This document shows, one piece after another, positions 25,650 to 39,055 of a stretch of 64,000 nucleotides of DNA. Numbering within the stretch: the stretch's first letter is position 1; each line of letters begins with the position of its first letter. The notes under the pieces were generated by a model, which saw only the letters and a program-made list of their open reading frames with translations, was not told the origin of the DNA and searched no databases. The translations under genes were made by a program, and so were the position numbers. This DNA is from Camelus ferus. Its lineage: Eukaryota. The DNA lies in assembly GCF_009834535.1 (NCBI RefSeq), contig NC_045697.1:78928001-78992000 (forward strand), given 5' to 3'.

Positions 25650-26610
25650 ACAGTCCTCTGCCCGACCCCTCCTTCTCCCCCTGCAACACTCACAACCTCA
25701 CCACCACCATCTGCCTTGGACCCACTGGAATGGCCTCATCATGCCCTTTATCCCACTTCTTGTCAGGCCACCTGTAGACTCCTAAGCTGCCTCCCAACTC
25801 CCACAGTTGAATCCCTCTTAGCCTCTGTGAACCTATCCTATCCCCTTTCCCATCCCTCCTCAAGTTCTCAAATCCTTCCACTTTGTCCTCCAAAACTCAG
25901 TCAACAATCAACAAAATCCTTTGTGTTCATTCTCCGACTATGACCTGAATACTCTGTTCCCTTCTTGCTTTAAGGAAAACCTGGCTCTCCACTGAGGAAA
26001 CTAATGCCTCTGCAGTCCTCTCAGTGAAGTTTGTCTTCCATGGTTCTCACACCATTAGGCCTAGAAGTAGAGAACGTGTCCTCCTTGCTTCTTATTGCTG
26101 CTTTCAGACAATTTTTCAATCCTCCCTTGTTCCCAAAAAAAACACCCATTTTGAATCTCTGTCATCAGATTATATCACCCATAACTTCTCATAGTTCTTG
26201 TCCCCCAAAATGCCAAGGATCCCCTTCATTTCTACTACCCAACCTAGCCACTCACTCCACTCCCATGGTCATTACCCTAGACCTTGTTACTGGTCATCAT
26301 TTATATTTTATGCCTCCAGTCCATACACTTAATTATGTAGGCTGCCATTTTATACTCTCTCCTGAAGTACCCAATACCTCCTCTCCCATTGTTATCCTAA
26401 GATGATAACCTTGCTTCCTATTTTACCAAAAAAAAAAAAAAAGAAACGATAAGAAAACAATTTCCACATACTAGCACCAACACATCTACCCATACGCCTG
26501 CATCAGCAAACATCTTTGCCTTGCTGCCTTTTACCAATGTTGAACTGTCCAATGCTCCTATTAAAAATCAACCCTTATATGTATGCACTAGATCTCACTT
26601 GCCCTCACAA
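25650..26610 (+). mobile_element. L2 LINE ORF2 remnant (endonuclease region)
   Basis: cttcttgctttaaggaaaacctggctc resembles LALTETWL; cactcccatggtcattaccctagaccttgt resembles HxxGxTLDLV; pyrimidine-rich L2 composition. Confidence 0.75.
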
Positions 26611-26611
26611 A

Positions 26612-26809
26612 TCCAGCTCAGACAGACCTTCACGTAGCTGTAGCTCTCACCAACATCTAAATGCAACCTCCCGAGAGACTTTGATCTAGATCCACCAGGT
26701 AAGCGGCTTCCAAATTCCTGACCCACAGAAACTATGAGTTTTAAAGTGTTTATTGTTTTAAACCATTAGATTTGAAGGTGACTTTTGATTCAGCAATAAA
26801 CGTAATACA
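26612..26809 (+). mobile_element. MLT1 (MaLR) LTR 3' part
   Basis: ccaaattcctgacccacagaaactatgag...ttgttttaaacca...cagcaata...taataca. Confidence 0.85.
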
Positions 26810-27712
26810 AGAAGTAAATGAATGAAATGATAGATCACAAGATCAACCTCATATCCACTAGTTAATTAGGAAGGATTTATACACCAGTCAATTGAGGGAC
26901 TAATTTTCAAGTATCAGAAGGAAAGGTACAGCAGGTACTTCTTCCTCTGGATAAACAGGGCTTATAGAACTTGATAAGGAGTGGAGCCTTCATACAGAAC
27001 TACAGAGTATGGGTAAAACATCTTTCATTCTTGTGAACCCCAGTGGGAAAGAAAGGGAAAATTCCCTGACCAAAGAGAAGCTCTGACAATTATGGATGCT
27101 CACTTCCCAGGCAGGGTTCTCATCTGTTGTCACCATAGCAAGGTAAGGGGCGAGGTCCTAAGAGCTACGGGGCCTTAGGAAGCAGTCATTTCTTGCCTCT
27201 CCTGAAGATAGACAGCATTTCTTTCAGCCAGCCTGAGAGGATATGATGGTAGCCAGCTTAACACAAATTCTTATCGGAGTGACCATGAAAACCAGAATCA
27301 GGCAGTTTTATCACATTGGGAGTGACCAGTGTGTAGGGATCAGCCTGCCCACTCATCACTGATGGCCAGACATTCAGGGCCCGGGGCTCCCCGGCTAAAA
27401 ATAACCCACCCTGCTCTTTAAATCACAAATTAAAATGCCAATATTTTCACATTTGAAAATAACATTGGGGTCTAACTTCAAACACCTGTTTGATGAATTC
27501 CTCAGCTAGTTTTACATCTAAGGCTCATAGGCTTTAACTTGATAGTTTGATGAGTTAGAGAAGAAAGAAGTCTCATTATAAAGTGGTGTTTTTGCATGGA
27601 GGCCTCTAGGTCCAGGAGCAATTGCCCCCACGAATCCATATGAAGACACTTGAGAGAATCTATCCATCGATCAATTAATTGATAAGCAGATAGACAGAGA
27701 GATGGATGGACT

Positions 27713-27764
<52 letters not shown>

Positions 27765-27774
27765 TAGATAGATA
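27713..27774. repeat. (GATA)13 microsatellite plus degenerate units
   Basis: Seen directly. Confidence 0.95.
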
Positions 27775-28249
27775 CACACACATACATATATATTTAATTA
27801 AATACATATCAGTACAAATTTAATTTTTTTAATTTAGCAAGAAAAGGTTTTAAAACACAAGTAGAAAGGTATCAACTAATCAAAAAAAGTTTCCATTTCT
27901 TTTAAAGTCATTTTCGCCTACCAGTAGTTTCCAAACCAAAAGACATATGTTCCTCTAGGCTTTACAAAGGATCAAACAAGGAATTTGGTCAAATCTTACA
28001 CCTATGGTTTAGATATTCCAGTAAAAAATTCTTAACAGTTTTTAAACATTTTTTTAATTTTGTTTACAGAAAAGTTACATCTGAATATTCAGCAGTCTAA
28101 GTGAAACATCCTTACTACCATAAAGCAGTTAATGTTTTTATATAATTTTAATATTCCTAATATTAATTATATTTGTGGCTATGATTAATACAGAAGCTAT
28201 GAAGTAACTTCTACCAACTCATATGAAACATGGCTCTTTGAACTTCATC

Positions 28250-29370
28250 TTTCCTCTAGTTATTCTCACTCCCTTGATGACCTCATCAAGTTACTTGGCT
28301 TTAAAAAATCATCTATATGCTGATTATACCCAAATTTATATCCAGAGCCCAGACAGCTCCTCTGAATTCCAGACTCATATATCCAGCTGCCTATTTGACA
28401 TCTCCATTTAAAAGCCTAACATACATTTCACATTTATTTTGTCCTAAACCAAATTTCTGATCTCGTCTCCCAAACCTCCTCCCACAGTCTTCCCCTCCTC
28501 AGTAAACAGGAGGCCTATCCTCCTTAGTTGCTCAGATCAAAAATCTGGGAGTTATCCTTAACTCCTCTTTCTTTCACTCCTGACATCGAATCCACCAGCA
28601 AATCCTGTCAATTCTACCTTCCATATCACCCAGCATCTGACTTCATACGGTCTCCACTGCAACTGTTTTGACCTAAGGCACCATCATCTCTCACCTGGAT
28701 GACTCAGCGGTCTCCTACCTGGCCTCCTGCCTCTGCCCTTGCTCCCTATACAGCCTGTTAGGTACTCAACACTCACAGTGATTAAGTAAAACACAAGTGA
28801 TTACATAAAGCATGTCCTCCCTGTGTTTAACACCCTAAAACTGGACCTTGTCTCAGCAGACTAAAAGACGATTCTACAAGGTCCTACATAATCTCGACAT
28901 CACACCCTCTACTTCCTCTACCCTGTTACCTAACTCATATCCTAGTATCTTCCCCATTGTTCACTCTACTTAAGTCACTCTAGCTTCTTTATTCATCCTC
29001 AAACTTCAGGGCTTTGGCACTAAGCCACCCATTGCCTGGGATAAAAAGCAGCCAAGTTAACCACATGGCTCTTTCCTTTATTCTCTTCAGGTCTCTGCTC
29101 CACTGTAACCTTCTCAGGGACTCTCCTTATGAAAGCACAGTCCCTTCTGTCTCCCACAATACCCACTCTCCTTTGCTCCATTTTTCTCCACTGCCCTTTT
29201 CAACAGTATAAATATCTTATTTATTTGTTTGTTTGTTTTCCTCGACTAGAATGTAAACTCCCTCAAGGCAAAAGCTTCTATCCATTTTGTTTATTACTAT
29301 CCAGCCAGTTCTTAGAATATTCTTAGCAAGAAGTGGGCACTCAATAAATACTAATTGAATGCATGAATAT
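28250..29370 (+). mobile_element. L2 LINE, RT end to 3' terminus
   Basis: catctatatgctgat (HLYAD) ...ccagactcatatatccagctgcct; ends ctagaatgtaaactcc...gcactcaataaata...tgaatg. Confidence 0.9.
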
Positions 29371-29740
29371 TAAGGAATTGGAAAACCATTTACAATCAAC
29401 ATTTCAGCAATTGGTCAGTATCCCAGTTGGTGTAAGGAAGGCTCAGTATAGTATTGCTCATTCCTCCTCAAAACAAACACTTTTTATCATAGAGCTAAAT
29501 ACCTATGGTCATTTTCACGCAGTTTTATGAAACTCTGCAGCTCTAATGTTATGACTTTTTTCTGGAAACACTGGTTTCTGAATATCTCAATATTTTTCAA
29601 CATCTGAGAACCCCATTAGAGCTGGTGATCATATTACTATTTAAAACTAGATGGACAAAGCATGTGTGGGCTTAAACCCCCTCATCTCTCCACCAAATGC
29701 AGCCAGAGAAATACTTTGTAAGAATGGAATAGTTATATAA

Positions 29741-30193
29741 TAGGGGTCTGCAAACTATGGCCTGAACGCCAAAGCCAGCTAAGAGTTCCAGATGAAATAC
29801 AGAATGTCCAGTTAAATTTGAACTTCAGGTATACAACAGATACATTTTTTAGTATAAGTATGTCCCAAATACTAAACGCCGAATCTGGAAAACTTAAATC
29901 TGGCCTACCACCTGTTTTTGTACAGCCCACAAGCAAAAAATGGTTTTTCCATCTTTAAGTGATTGGAAAGAAATTGAAAGAATAATACTTTGTGACAAGT
30001 AAAAATTATACGAAATTCAAATTTCAGTGTCTATAAATAAAGTATTATTGGAACACAGCAATGTGCATTTGTTTACTTAGCATCAATGGACACTCAAACT
30101 ACAACAGCACAGCTGAATAGTTTTAACAGAGACCAAGCTGCAAAGCCTAAATGTCTACTGTCTGGCCCTTTATAGAAAAGTTTGCCGCCCCTG
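29741..30193. mobile_element. MER58B-type hAT-Charlie element, interrupted
   Basis: TIRs taggggtctgcaaac / gtttgccgcccctg; degenerate 8-bp TSD ttatataa / ttgtagaa. Confidence 0.85.
29780..29896. mobile_element. MER53-like MITE nested in MER58B, internally deleted
   Basis: ccagatgaaatacagaatgtccagttaaatttgaac...tttagtataagtatgtccc; flanks aagccagc / aatctggc. Confidence 0.8.
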
Positions 30194-30344
30194 TTGTAGA
30201 ATATTTCTTTTTTATTCTTCCCCTCACTGAAGACAAAGCAGAGTAACTAGTTTCCCTTCAGAACTCTCTTCCTACAGGAGCACTGCCCGTGCTTTATCAT
30301 TATGTTGGAAGAAGAAGTAGAAGCTTCTGAGAAGAGGCAAAATG

Positions 30345-30480
30345 ATGAAGGGTGTGGGCCGTGGATCCTGCAGAACTGAGTGTGAATCCTTTCTCCACCT
30401 GTCACAGCCTGAGTGAGTTACTTAAGTGTGAGCCATACGAATAACATCACACAAGGGTTGCTCGGAGGGTTAGAAGATAA
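30345..30480 (+). mobile_element. MIR fragment, degenerate
   Basis: gtgtgaatcct...gagttacttaa...agggttgct...agggtta. Confidence 0.45.
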
Positions 30481-31604
30481 GAGTAAATGATTGATTTTAA
30501 AGGACAAAAAAGGTCCAATTTCTAGACTATAATAGAGAATATGATTGTCAGGAGGACCAAAAGGAGAGGGTGAAGAAAAGTGAAAGAAAAATCAGGACTA
30601 GGAGGACAGACATCTCAATCACTCACCAAATGGTGAGCTTAAGTGAAAAATACAGACTTCACATGGACTCAAGCCAGAGATCATGACCAAAATTAATTAC
30701 GGAGGGGTGGATAGATGTACTCAGACCAAGCAAGGCAACAGTAACACCTTCTCCAAGGTAAGTAAAACTCGCCTTGTGTCTACTCTGTACGCATGTGATT
30801 ACCTTAGTAAAAACTGTATAATTCACAGGGCCAGACATTAGCATTATTATATACAAAAGGAGGTGTGCGTGTGTGTGGCTGGTGCTACGAGGGGAATGAG
30901 AGAAGACAGAGCCCCATTTACACCACTGTGGAATTCCTCAGATTCTCAAAGGAGCCAACAGAGGAAGCAGGAACTATAGCCTCTTTAGCCTCATTCTCTC
31001 CAACAAATATTTTCTACTCAGGACCCTGGGTTAAAGTTATCAGGACCCTGTTTTTAAGGCCTGGATAGTGTATAAATGGAGGGGGAAATTTATTAGATTC
31101 ATCAAAAGACTATCTCTGTGACCCATGACCCTAGGCAGTGGTTCTCAACATGTGAGCCTCACATGTAAAACATATTCCCAAACAAAACTTCTGACACTAG
31201 ATATACTGCACTTCACTCCTCCTAAAAGGCATATCAGCATGGGAGAGAGTGACAGTGATGTTATCACAGAGATAACCTTGAGGTTGTTCTAAGTATATTT
31301 TTAAATGTAAATTATTTGCAAGTACTTCAACTGTGTTTGGTAACAAATACTCATGACATGTCTCACTCCCAACCTGTGTCACAGCACTGTGATTGAGGAG
31401 CACTGTTTCATGCTACTTCTCATGAATAAAATTTTCCCAAAGTATAGAGTCCACATTAATATTAACCATGGCAACAATCCTATTAAAATATATGGAATCA
31501 ATCCCCAGTGTTACCTCAAAGACTGTGTTTTTGAAATTGATTTCTGTTCACAACATATGTTGATGTACTTCCCAGGCTTATCCTCAGAGCTGGCCAAGAC
31601 ACTC

Positions 31605-32070
31605 GTTAGTTCATTCATTAGTTCTTTTATTCTCAACATATGAAGTTCATATGACAAGAATAACTGACCTAGTGTAACAGACCACAAATACAGACATCAG
31701 ACACATTTCAGTCAACCAATAAGTAATGAGATCCTGCTCTTTTGCTGTAGTTCTAGGGGTAAAGATGAATAAGCCAGAGCTCTGGCCCTCTAGGAGCTCA
31801 CAGTCTAGTGGAGACAAAATACAAATAAAATAATTTCAGTGTAGTATGATTAAATACAATGGTTTACATGAACACAATGTGTATGAGCTCATGGGAAAGG
31901 AACTGAATCCACAAGGGAATAATTAAAGACAGTTTCACAAGAGAGAGAGTACACTGAGCAGCTACCCAGTGTCAGTAACTATACTAGGTGGTACTAGCCA
32001 TAGACAGCTGCTAAAAAGACAGCCACGCGCCTGACATGAGTAACTTACAGTCTAGTACAGAGGGCAGATC
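31605..32070 (-). mobile_element. L2 fragments
   Basis: ttcattcatt...gatgaataag...ccctctaggagctcacagtctagtgg is a reverse L2 3' signature. Confidence 0.7.
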
Positions 32071-32111
32071 CATTAACCTGAAACTCAAAGGCAAATGGAA
32101 AGTCAATGAAC

Positions 32112-32618
32112 TGTGTTGGTGCCCTTGACCCAATCTCCCTCCTAATCAGGCCTCACACCTCACCAACCTGTGTGTACTCTCTTGTTCCTCTGTGGCAGAT
32201 ACTTAAGGAACATCTCCTTAGTACAAAATTTTCTCCTTTTTGGAAACAGCCACAAACATAGGTATAGAATATGAGAGGACATATCTTTACATGACTCCAA
32301 ACCCCTAGAAATAGCTGATTGTTATAGAAGTAGATATTTGACCCAATCTGAACCATTCAGTGCTCTCTCACTGGTATTTGAAATTCTAAACTGAGATGCA
32401 CAGGGACTTGGAAGTGAATCACACTAATGGCAACATCCTATGAAGAATGACACAAACTCCTGTCCCACTGGAAACCCACAGCCACCCTGCCCTCCACTCA
32501 TTCCACATGTCACTTATTGGACCCCCTTCAACTCTGTAAGAACTCTCCCAGTTCCTTCCATCTGCTTAGGCTGGCAGGAGTCAGTTCTTTGCTTATAACC
32601 CAATAAACTTTCATACAT
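32112..32618 (+). mobile_element. Old MLT1-type LTR
   Basis: gctgattg...tgacccaatctgaaccattcag...gcttaggctggcaggagtcagttctttgcttataacc. Confidence 0.55.
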
Positions 32619-35600
32619 GTCACCTATCTATTAGTCTTCCAATTCCTGTACCAGTCTAACTGAATCTTCCTCTGATCAAACAATTTGCTGAGAGAGTAAT
32701 GGCTCATAAATCTTAGTATGTTATCTACCCTCCAGAGAGCTAATAACGTGGGGGGACTTGTGGAGGTACAATGTTGAAATCCAGAGATTCATGCTGGTGA
32801 CATCCCCCCGCCACTCTTCTTTTTGCTACTGAGGCAGTTCTTCTTGTTAAGATCTCCTTACTTCTGAGGAAGCCTTAGAGAAAGGGAACATCTGTTACAG
32901 TTCTAACTACACCCTGCTAACACTTACCCAAGAGGTTGGAAGAAGAATTTTAGAGCATAAATTTTTAACCTAAAACTCAAACTAAAATCATTAATGAGAA
33001 AACAATGTTGTCCCTAAATATTTCTATGTATTCTTGGAAGTGATTCTCATATCCTTTCTAGATTCATTTCTTTCATCAGGTGCATGAGTAGCAGTAGCAG
33101 TAGTACCATTTGTCTTCTTTCTATTCCCAACAAACCCACGAGAAGGAGGGACTTGATCTTCATTTGGGGAGTTAATTAACAAGGATGGATCAGTCGAGAA
33201 CTATCCTCTTTCAGGTGCTAAGAGACAAAGTCCCCTGCTAAAGTTACATACATTTTTTAAAAACATAGACAACAGATTAGGAAAAACTTTAGGGGGGCAA
33301 AGAGGAGAGTTTTCAGTAATTGAACAAAAGCATTTCCTATAATTTCTCCCCTCTATTCTCAGCATTTGCTACTACTGGGGAAACATTTACACAAAACTCC
33401 GAATAACATAGAGTGGCATATCAAATTAAATAATACTTCAAACAGTTATTTTTGTTTACCAGAGACTGAACATTCAACCCAAGTATATCCTCAAACCCCA
33501 CCTCTAAACAGGCTTCCTTCTTTTCTCCAGTTACTGCCCACCACAGTAGGATGTGTGAATGTGTGTTGTATGAATGTGGCGGGGGTTGGGGGACAGAAGT
33601 ATGAGTTTGTGTTTGTTTTATTCCAAGTGAGTGGAGTAAGACATTTAATGAACACCTCAAAACTGGAGTTGGCAAATAATAGTAAACACTCCGTAATTAT
33701 GTGTTAAATGAATGACCAATGAATAAACAAAGTATGCACTCTTTTAAATAACATTTTAAAGTAATATACGGTCCTTCTTGATAAGCTTATACACTCATAA
33801 GAGAGAGAACAGGCATCACCAACAACTATTCCTGAAAATTCACACCATCTTGATCATTTCAATAAATACAGTAGGAGTCTGAATTGGTACCATGCTTTTC
33901 CCTGAAGGTGTCAATGCATTTGACAGAATAAATTAAATTTTTAAAATCGACCTCATTGCGAAAGTAGACTACTAATACCACATTTTGATTATAAGTAATT
34001 AAGGATTCTATATGATCTTGGGAAAACATTACTTTTAGCTAAATTGAAAATAGGATTATAATGAAACAGAGATGATATATTTCATTTTAAATGAGAATGA
34101 CTTGTTTTTGAGTTAAAGACCCAAGTTACCTTCTGTTCCAATAGCTCTCAAATGTACTGAACTTTAGCTCCTATATGTGGCAATTTCTATGATTAAGGCT
34201 AATTAATTTTTCTCTCAAGTATAATTAATAGTCTCCATCCTACTGTTTCAGGAAATTTCATCTACAAAAGGCAATGGAACAACTGTTCATGGCAAATAAT
34301 AAAGGCTTTCTTTCATGGAAAGATCTTTCAAAACAATTAGCAATTAATGAAAAGCATGCAAGTGCCCAGAAATTGCAGATGCTCTCTCAATTTCAAATGA
34401 CATGGCCATTAGATATCCAACCAGCAAGAGAAGTGACAATAAAATAATTAATTTTAAAGCTACAAACTACTGATAAGAAAAATTATAAGAATGAAGTCAG
34501 TTACCCATGTACAAAATTCAATGTGTCAGAAACATAAATTAAAATAAGGATGTAATTGCAAAACAAGTGGAGAAAAAATAAATTAAGAAAGCATAATAAA
34601 GATTTATGTTTGCTATGTTCAGTTATTGTCCCTAAAACCAAAGTGAATAGGTTTTATTCAGAATATTTTATACTTTATCTTTATCAGAAGTAATTGACCT
34701 GGTTAGAAAATTGCCCATTTTGCACAAACAAAGTCAGTTTTCTAATTTCATGAAATCATAATTTCTCAGTGACTGAAAATACTTCCCTATTATTCAAACT
34801 AATTCTCACCTCTATTAATAAGGCTTATTTACATTTGGTTTGCAAACATGCATTTTGTATTTTACCAGAAACTTTTATTGAATCATTTTTAAAAACTGAG
34901 CTACTACAGGAAGGCAGTGATAGCATTGTGACAGACCAAACAGAAAATTATTTATACAGTTCTCTCCGACCCTTCCTGTAGTAACTTGAGTCCAGGACCT
35001 TCTATTGATCAATTCTCACACCAGCTCTGCTAGTCAGTTCTAAAGTGTTCTCTTTCAGTTCTAACCCAAGAGCCATCCCTAAATTCCACCCAAAAATCAA
35101 CATTAAGTGGTGATATGTATCAGAAAATTACTCAAGACGCTAAACCTTTGTTCATGATGAAATATTTTCTACCTTAGGCGATAGTTTGTCTAATATGCTA
35201 CTTAACGAATACATTTTATATCTATGACATATTCTTATATCTCTAAAATTATATTTATTCACCTTATTCCGTCCATTCATCTTTGCAGGCTTGAGTTTAA
35301 AGCTATTTTTCCCCTATATGGACAAGCATGTCACCTGTCATGAAGATTCTGCAGGGTGTCCTCACAGACATTTCTGTCTGCTACATACCTCGTCTTGGAT
35401 GTCCAGTCTGTAATAGATCCTCCTGACATTCCTCTGTTGACAGCATCAACCCCCTGATGAAACTAGACGATCACTCCATGGACAAGCATCTCTGACTGAA
35501 ACTCTGGAAACCAAATTATGGAACCCTAAGAATAAATACACTAAGAATAGTTTCACATGTTGTACATGGCATGGAAAATACGGCACATATTTTCTATTCT

Positions 35601-36061
35601 CATTAACATGGAAAATTTCCCTTCATCTGGTCAAGGCCAATTAGTCATAGCTAAGCCACAGTCTACTGTGACATGTGACATGTCTCTCAAAAAAAGGAAA
35701 AGCATATCATAAGCCTGCTTCTCAGCTGTGTCATGCCGCCTTGGCTCTGGTATGCCTCAAGTTGGAAAATATGCCTTTCCCTTCACAAAGAGAAATACCC
35801 CATGCCACAAAGGCTGTGAGCCCTGTGTGCTTGCTTATCGTGGTGTTCTGAAACTGACATATGTTATTACAATATGTCTTTATTAATTTTATAAAGGCTT
35901 CCCTCTCATGGCAACTTATTCAGTGCTGGAATAATCCAGAACAACAGCTATTTCTTCAACTACTCTATGACATTTTATTTTTAAATCTCAGGCAACATGT
36001 CCTCAAGGTGAATTTCTATTGGTATCTAGCTATCTTCAGACTTTAGGCTGAATATTTACAG

Positions 36062-36233
36062 CAGTGATTCTCAAGCCTGTCTTCACACTGGAATCACCTG
36101 GGAGTTTCAAAAAATACCGATGCCAACATTCCCCAGATACTGCAAATTAATTGCTCCTGGTGTGGCCTGAGCTTGGGAATTTTTAATATATCCTCAGATG
36201 ATTCTGATGTGCAACCAAGTTTGGGAACCACTG
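36062..36233. mobile_element. MER5A-family MITE
   Basis: TIRs cagtgattctcaa / ttgggaaccactg; gaatcacctggga...gatgattctgatgtgca. Confidence 0.85.
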
Positions 36234-36389
36234 GTCTATAGAAATATTGATTAACATACCAGAAAAAGAGCCATACCACCATGTGGATAGTAGATAAAGA
36301 ATTACTGCATCCCATTTTTATCTGACAAGGTCAGAGAATGACATTCAGACTAATTAACCTTACTAGTAATTATTATAACATATTAAAAC

Positions 36390-36580
36390 GCCAAGAACTT
36401 TACCAACATTACATCTAAGCCTCACAACATTTCAGCAAGATAGGTTTTATTATTCTCACTTCACAGATGGGGAAACTGAAGGTCAGAAAATTTAGATTGT
36501 TTACCCAAAACCACTAACTAATAAATGGTATTTGAACCCCTTCTGTTTGACACTAAAAGGCCTGTTCTTTCCATTATGCC
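36390..36580 (-). mobile_element. MIR SINE
   Basis: cacttcacagatggggaaactgaaggtcaga...atttgaaccc. Confidence 0.85.
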
Positions 36581-37160
36581 AGACATTTTCAGTGGAAGCT
36601 ATATCACCTCCAATGAAGTGAAAATTAGTTCTTGAAGGTCAAAAAATTCTTAGATATTATAATGATCTGTTGTCCTCACAAGTTCAACTCTGCTGACTAA
36701 ATCTTATTCTTTAATATTTAATTTCTCTCTCTGGAGGAAATTTAAATTTAATTTTATTTTTCTATTTAGGAGGTCAATAATGAAAAAAAAGTTTGAGAAA
36801 CACAGCATTATAACATGTTCTATCTCCATCAATTATAGTTAATAATGAGTTAACATATATACTACACACACTCCACAAGCATATTACCTACTATATCGAA
36901 TATCTGTAGAGAAAATGGCCCTCTCTCCAATTTTAAAATTCCCAAGTTGTACCCAGAGTTGAAAAGAAACATAGTATAAATAGAGCTATATATGTCACAG
37001 TCCCCCAGAACACTAATGATAGGAGAGGAACTAGTAAGTCCAAAGAGTATTATCTAAAAGTCTTTATAAATGTCTATTATATTGCTAATCTGCCATCATA
37101 GCAGTAGGTTCTTGGTTTGCAAACAAAGGAGTTTCCCCAGTGAAATCTGAACTTGGCCCT

Positions 37161-37530
37161 TGTACATGAAGGGCAAGGAAAGACCAAGAAAAAGGCAGAC
37201 CCCTTACGATTGTTAGGTGGCTTTAATAAGCAAGGAAACTTACTTATAAGGCTTATCTTGCATGTTAACAAGATGAGTACATTTCCACACCTGCCCACCA
37301 GAATTTTAAAATTTTATATAGAGACCTTAACTGAGTTTAGTCACATATATCATCCAGATGGTCTCAATGATGCTATCTAAAGCCTGTGTCCTTGAGGCAA
37401 CTTCTAGTGCAGGAAAAGCAAGTGGAATGCACATTCCAAGGACAGGGGAACCAGGGAGGAGCCTTCAATATTCCAGCTCCAGCTCAAGGGTTAACCAGCG
37501 GTCACATCCTCTCAACGACCTCCTCCAACA
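37161..37530 (-). mobile_element. Probable ERV solo LTR; family not identified, left end uncertain
   Basis: Minus strand starts tgttggaggaggtcg and has TATA-like tatataaaa followed by attaaa; TG...CA ends. Confidence 0.5.
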
Positions 37531-38784
37531 CAGGTAAATACTAGAGTAAGCTTTCTCTGATCTGACTTGGTTAGATAGCAAAATATTTCAAAGTTTTAAA
37601 AATCTGGAGGCAAGAATCAAGTCATTCAATTTTCTATGTCCTACATCACTGGGCCTCAGATAAACTAGTCAATCAACAAATGTGTGTAAAATTAAAAAGA
37701 AGGAGTTCCCATAGCCATTCAAAGGTTCTCAATCACATATTCAAATACACAATAATAAAACAATTCTAAGCAAATTTTAATTTGTCTTTATTGACTCGGA
37801 AGATATTTTTCTAGTTTCTTTAGAATAATTATTTTTAAAACAAATTTTATTCTATAACAGAGGAAACTACAGCATAAAATAAATATCAAAATTTAATTGA
37901 TTTGATTTACAAAGTTGTCGTCACTACCTTATGAAGAAACACATAAAGAGGCATTTGGGGCTATTGGCAAATGTTCAAATACCTGAGCTCAAACTTAGGC
38001 TGAGGGAAATGATAAATTCTACCCTACAGCAACCTGAGAGGGCACCTATGGGACAATGTGTCCAACTTAAGCCAAAGAGTAAGTGTGTTTATGCCTACCT
38101 GAAGGAAACATAGAAAGAATTGAAGTGACAATCAGAAATACAGTGGCACAAAGTTTATTTGCCCAAGACAAGACTAGAGGTCTTTGAACAATTTCCTCAA
38201 AGGATTTTCTGCTTTAAAAATTTGACAACCCAACAATCAAAGGGGATTCCTTTGTGAGCAACATGCTAGAAAAATAGCTTGAGGTTTCCAACTACTGAGA
38301 TAAAGAATATTTGAGAAAGTTCTGGAGGACCAGTGACACCAGGAAAGGAGTCACTGTAAACTACAGCTGATGGTTGCTTTCCACATCCACTGTCCACATG
38401 CTCTACAGAAGAAGAGAGCTGACCTAGAAGAGGAGAATCCAAGGGGAGCTCCCACTCTTGACTGTGGTTGCCACTGGAGTCAAGATTTTCTCAAGTCTGT
38501 TAGGAAAGAAACTTCACTGCAGGGAGGGCTCTGGCCCTTTCTGCTTTCTCTAACCCTTTATGCACTTAGAGCTCCTACCCAGCCTGAGTATCTTTTATCC
38601 TTCTCACTGAGGAAAAAATTACGTCCACCTCAAAAAAGAAAAAACTAGATAAATTTGCATTGCAAAACTCAAGCCAGTTATTGAGAACTGAGACTCAGAA
38701 GGGTAAAGCAGCACTCAGATTCCTGTGCTAGAGAGTCTGTCCCATTAAATGAGCCTTTAGAGGCAGTACTACTGCTAGTAGTAA

Positions 38785-38960
38785 GGATAATAATAACGAT
38801 GACAGGAGATAACATTTATTGAACATTTGCTATCTGTAAGTCAGTCATGTTAGGTGCTTTATATTCATTCTCTCACCTAAAACCTTAAAAATCTTATAAG
38901 AGTTTTTTCTTCTTATACATAAAGAAAGAAGGCTAGAAAATTTAGGTGTATAAAATGCTA
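38785..38960 (-). mobile_element. MIR 3' fragment
   Basis: ataacatttattgaacatttgctat...taggtgcttta. Confidence 0.55.
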
Positions 38961-39055
38961 GATGACAGAATTTGCTTTGAGTTTTCTTGTGTAATAAGCT
39001 AGTACTTCAACTTGCAAACTTAATCCTCTCAATCAACCCTCCTTTTCTTATGTCT

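Noticed and set aside
25587..26405. ORFs of 118 and 124 aa, Pro/Ser/Leu-rich
   Set aside because: Frameshifted L2 remnants in C/T-rich sequence.
27129..27142. RFX X-box-like GTCACCATAGCAAG
   Set aside because: Single imperfect motif with no independent support.
27502..27807. 101-aa ORF with IYLS repeats
   Set aside because: Translation of the GATA microsatellite.
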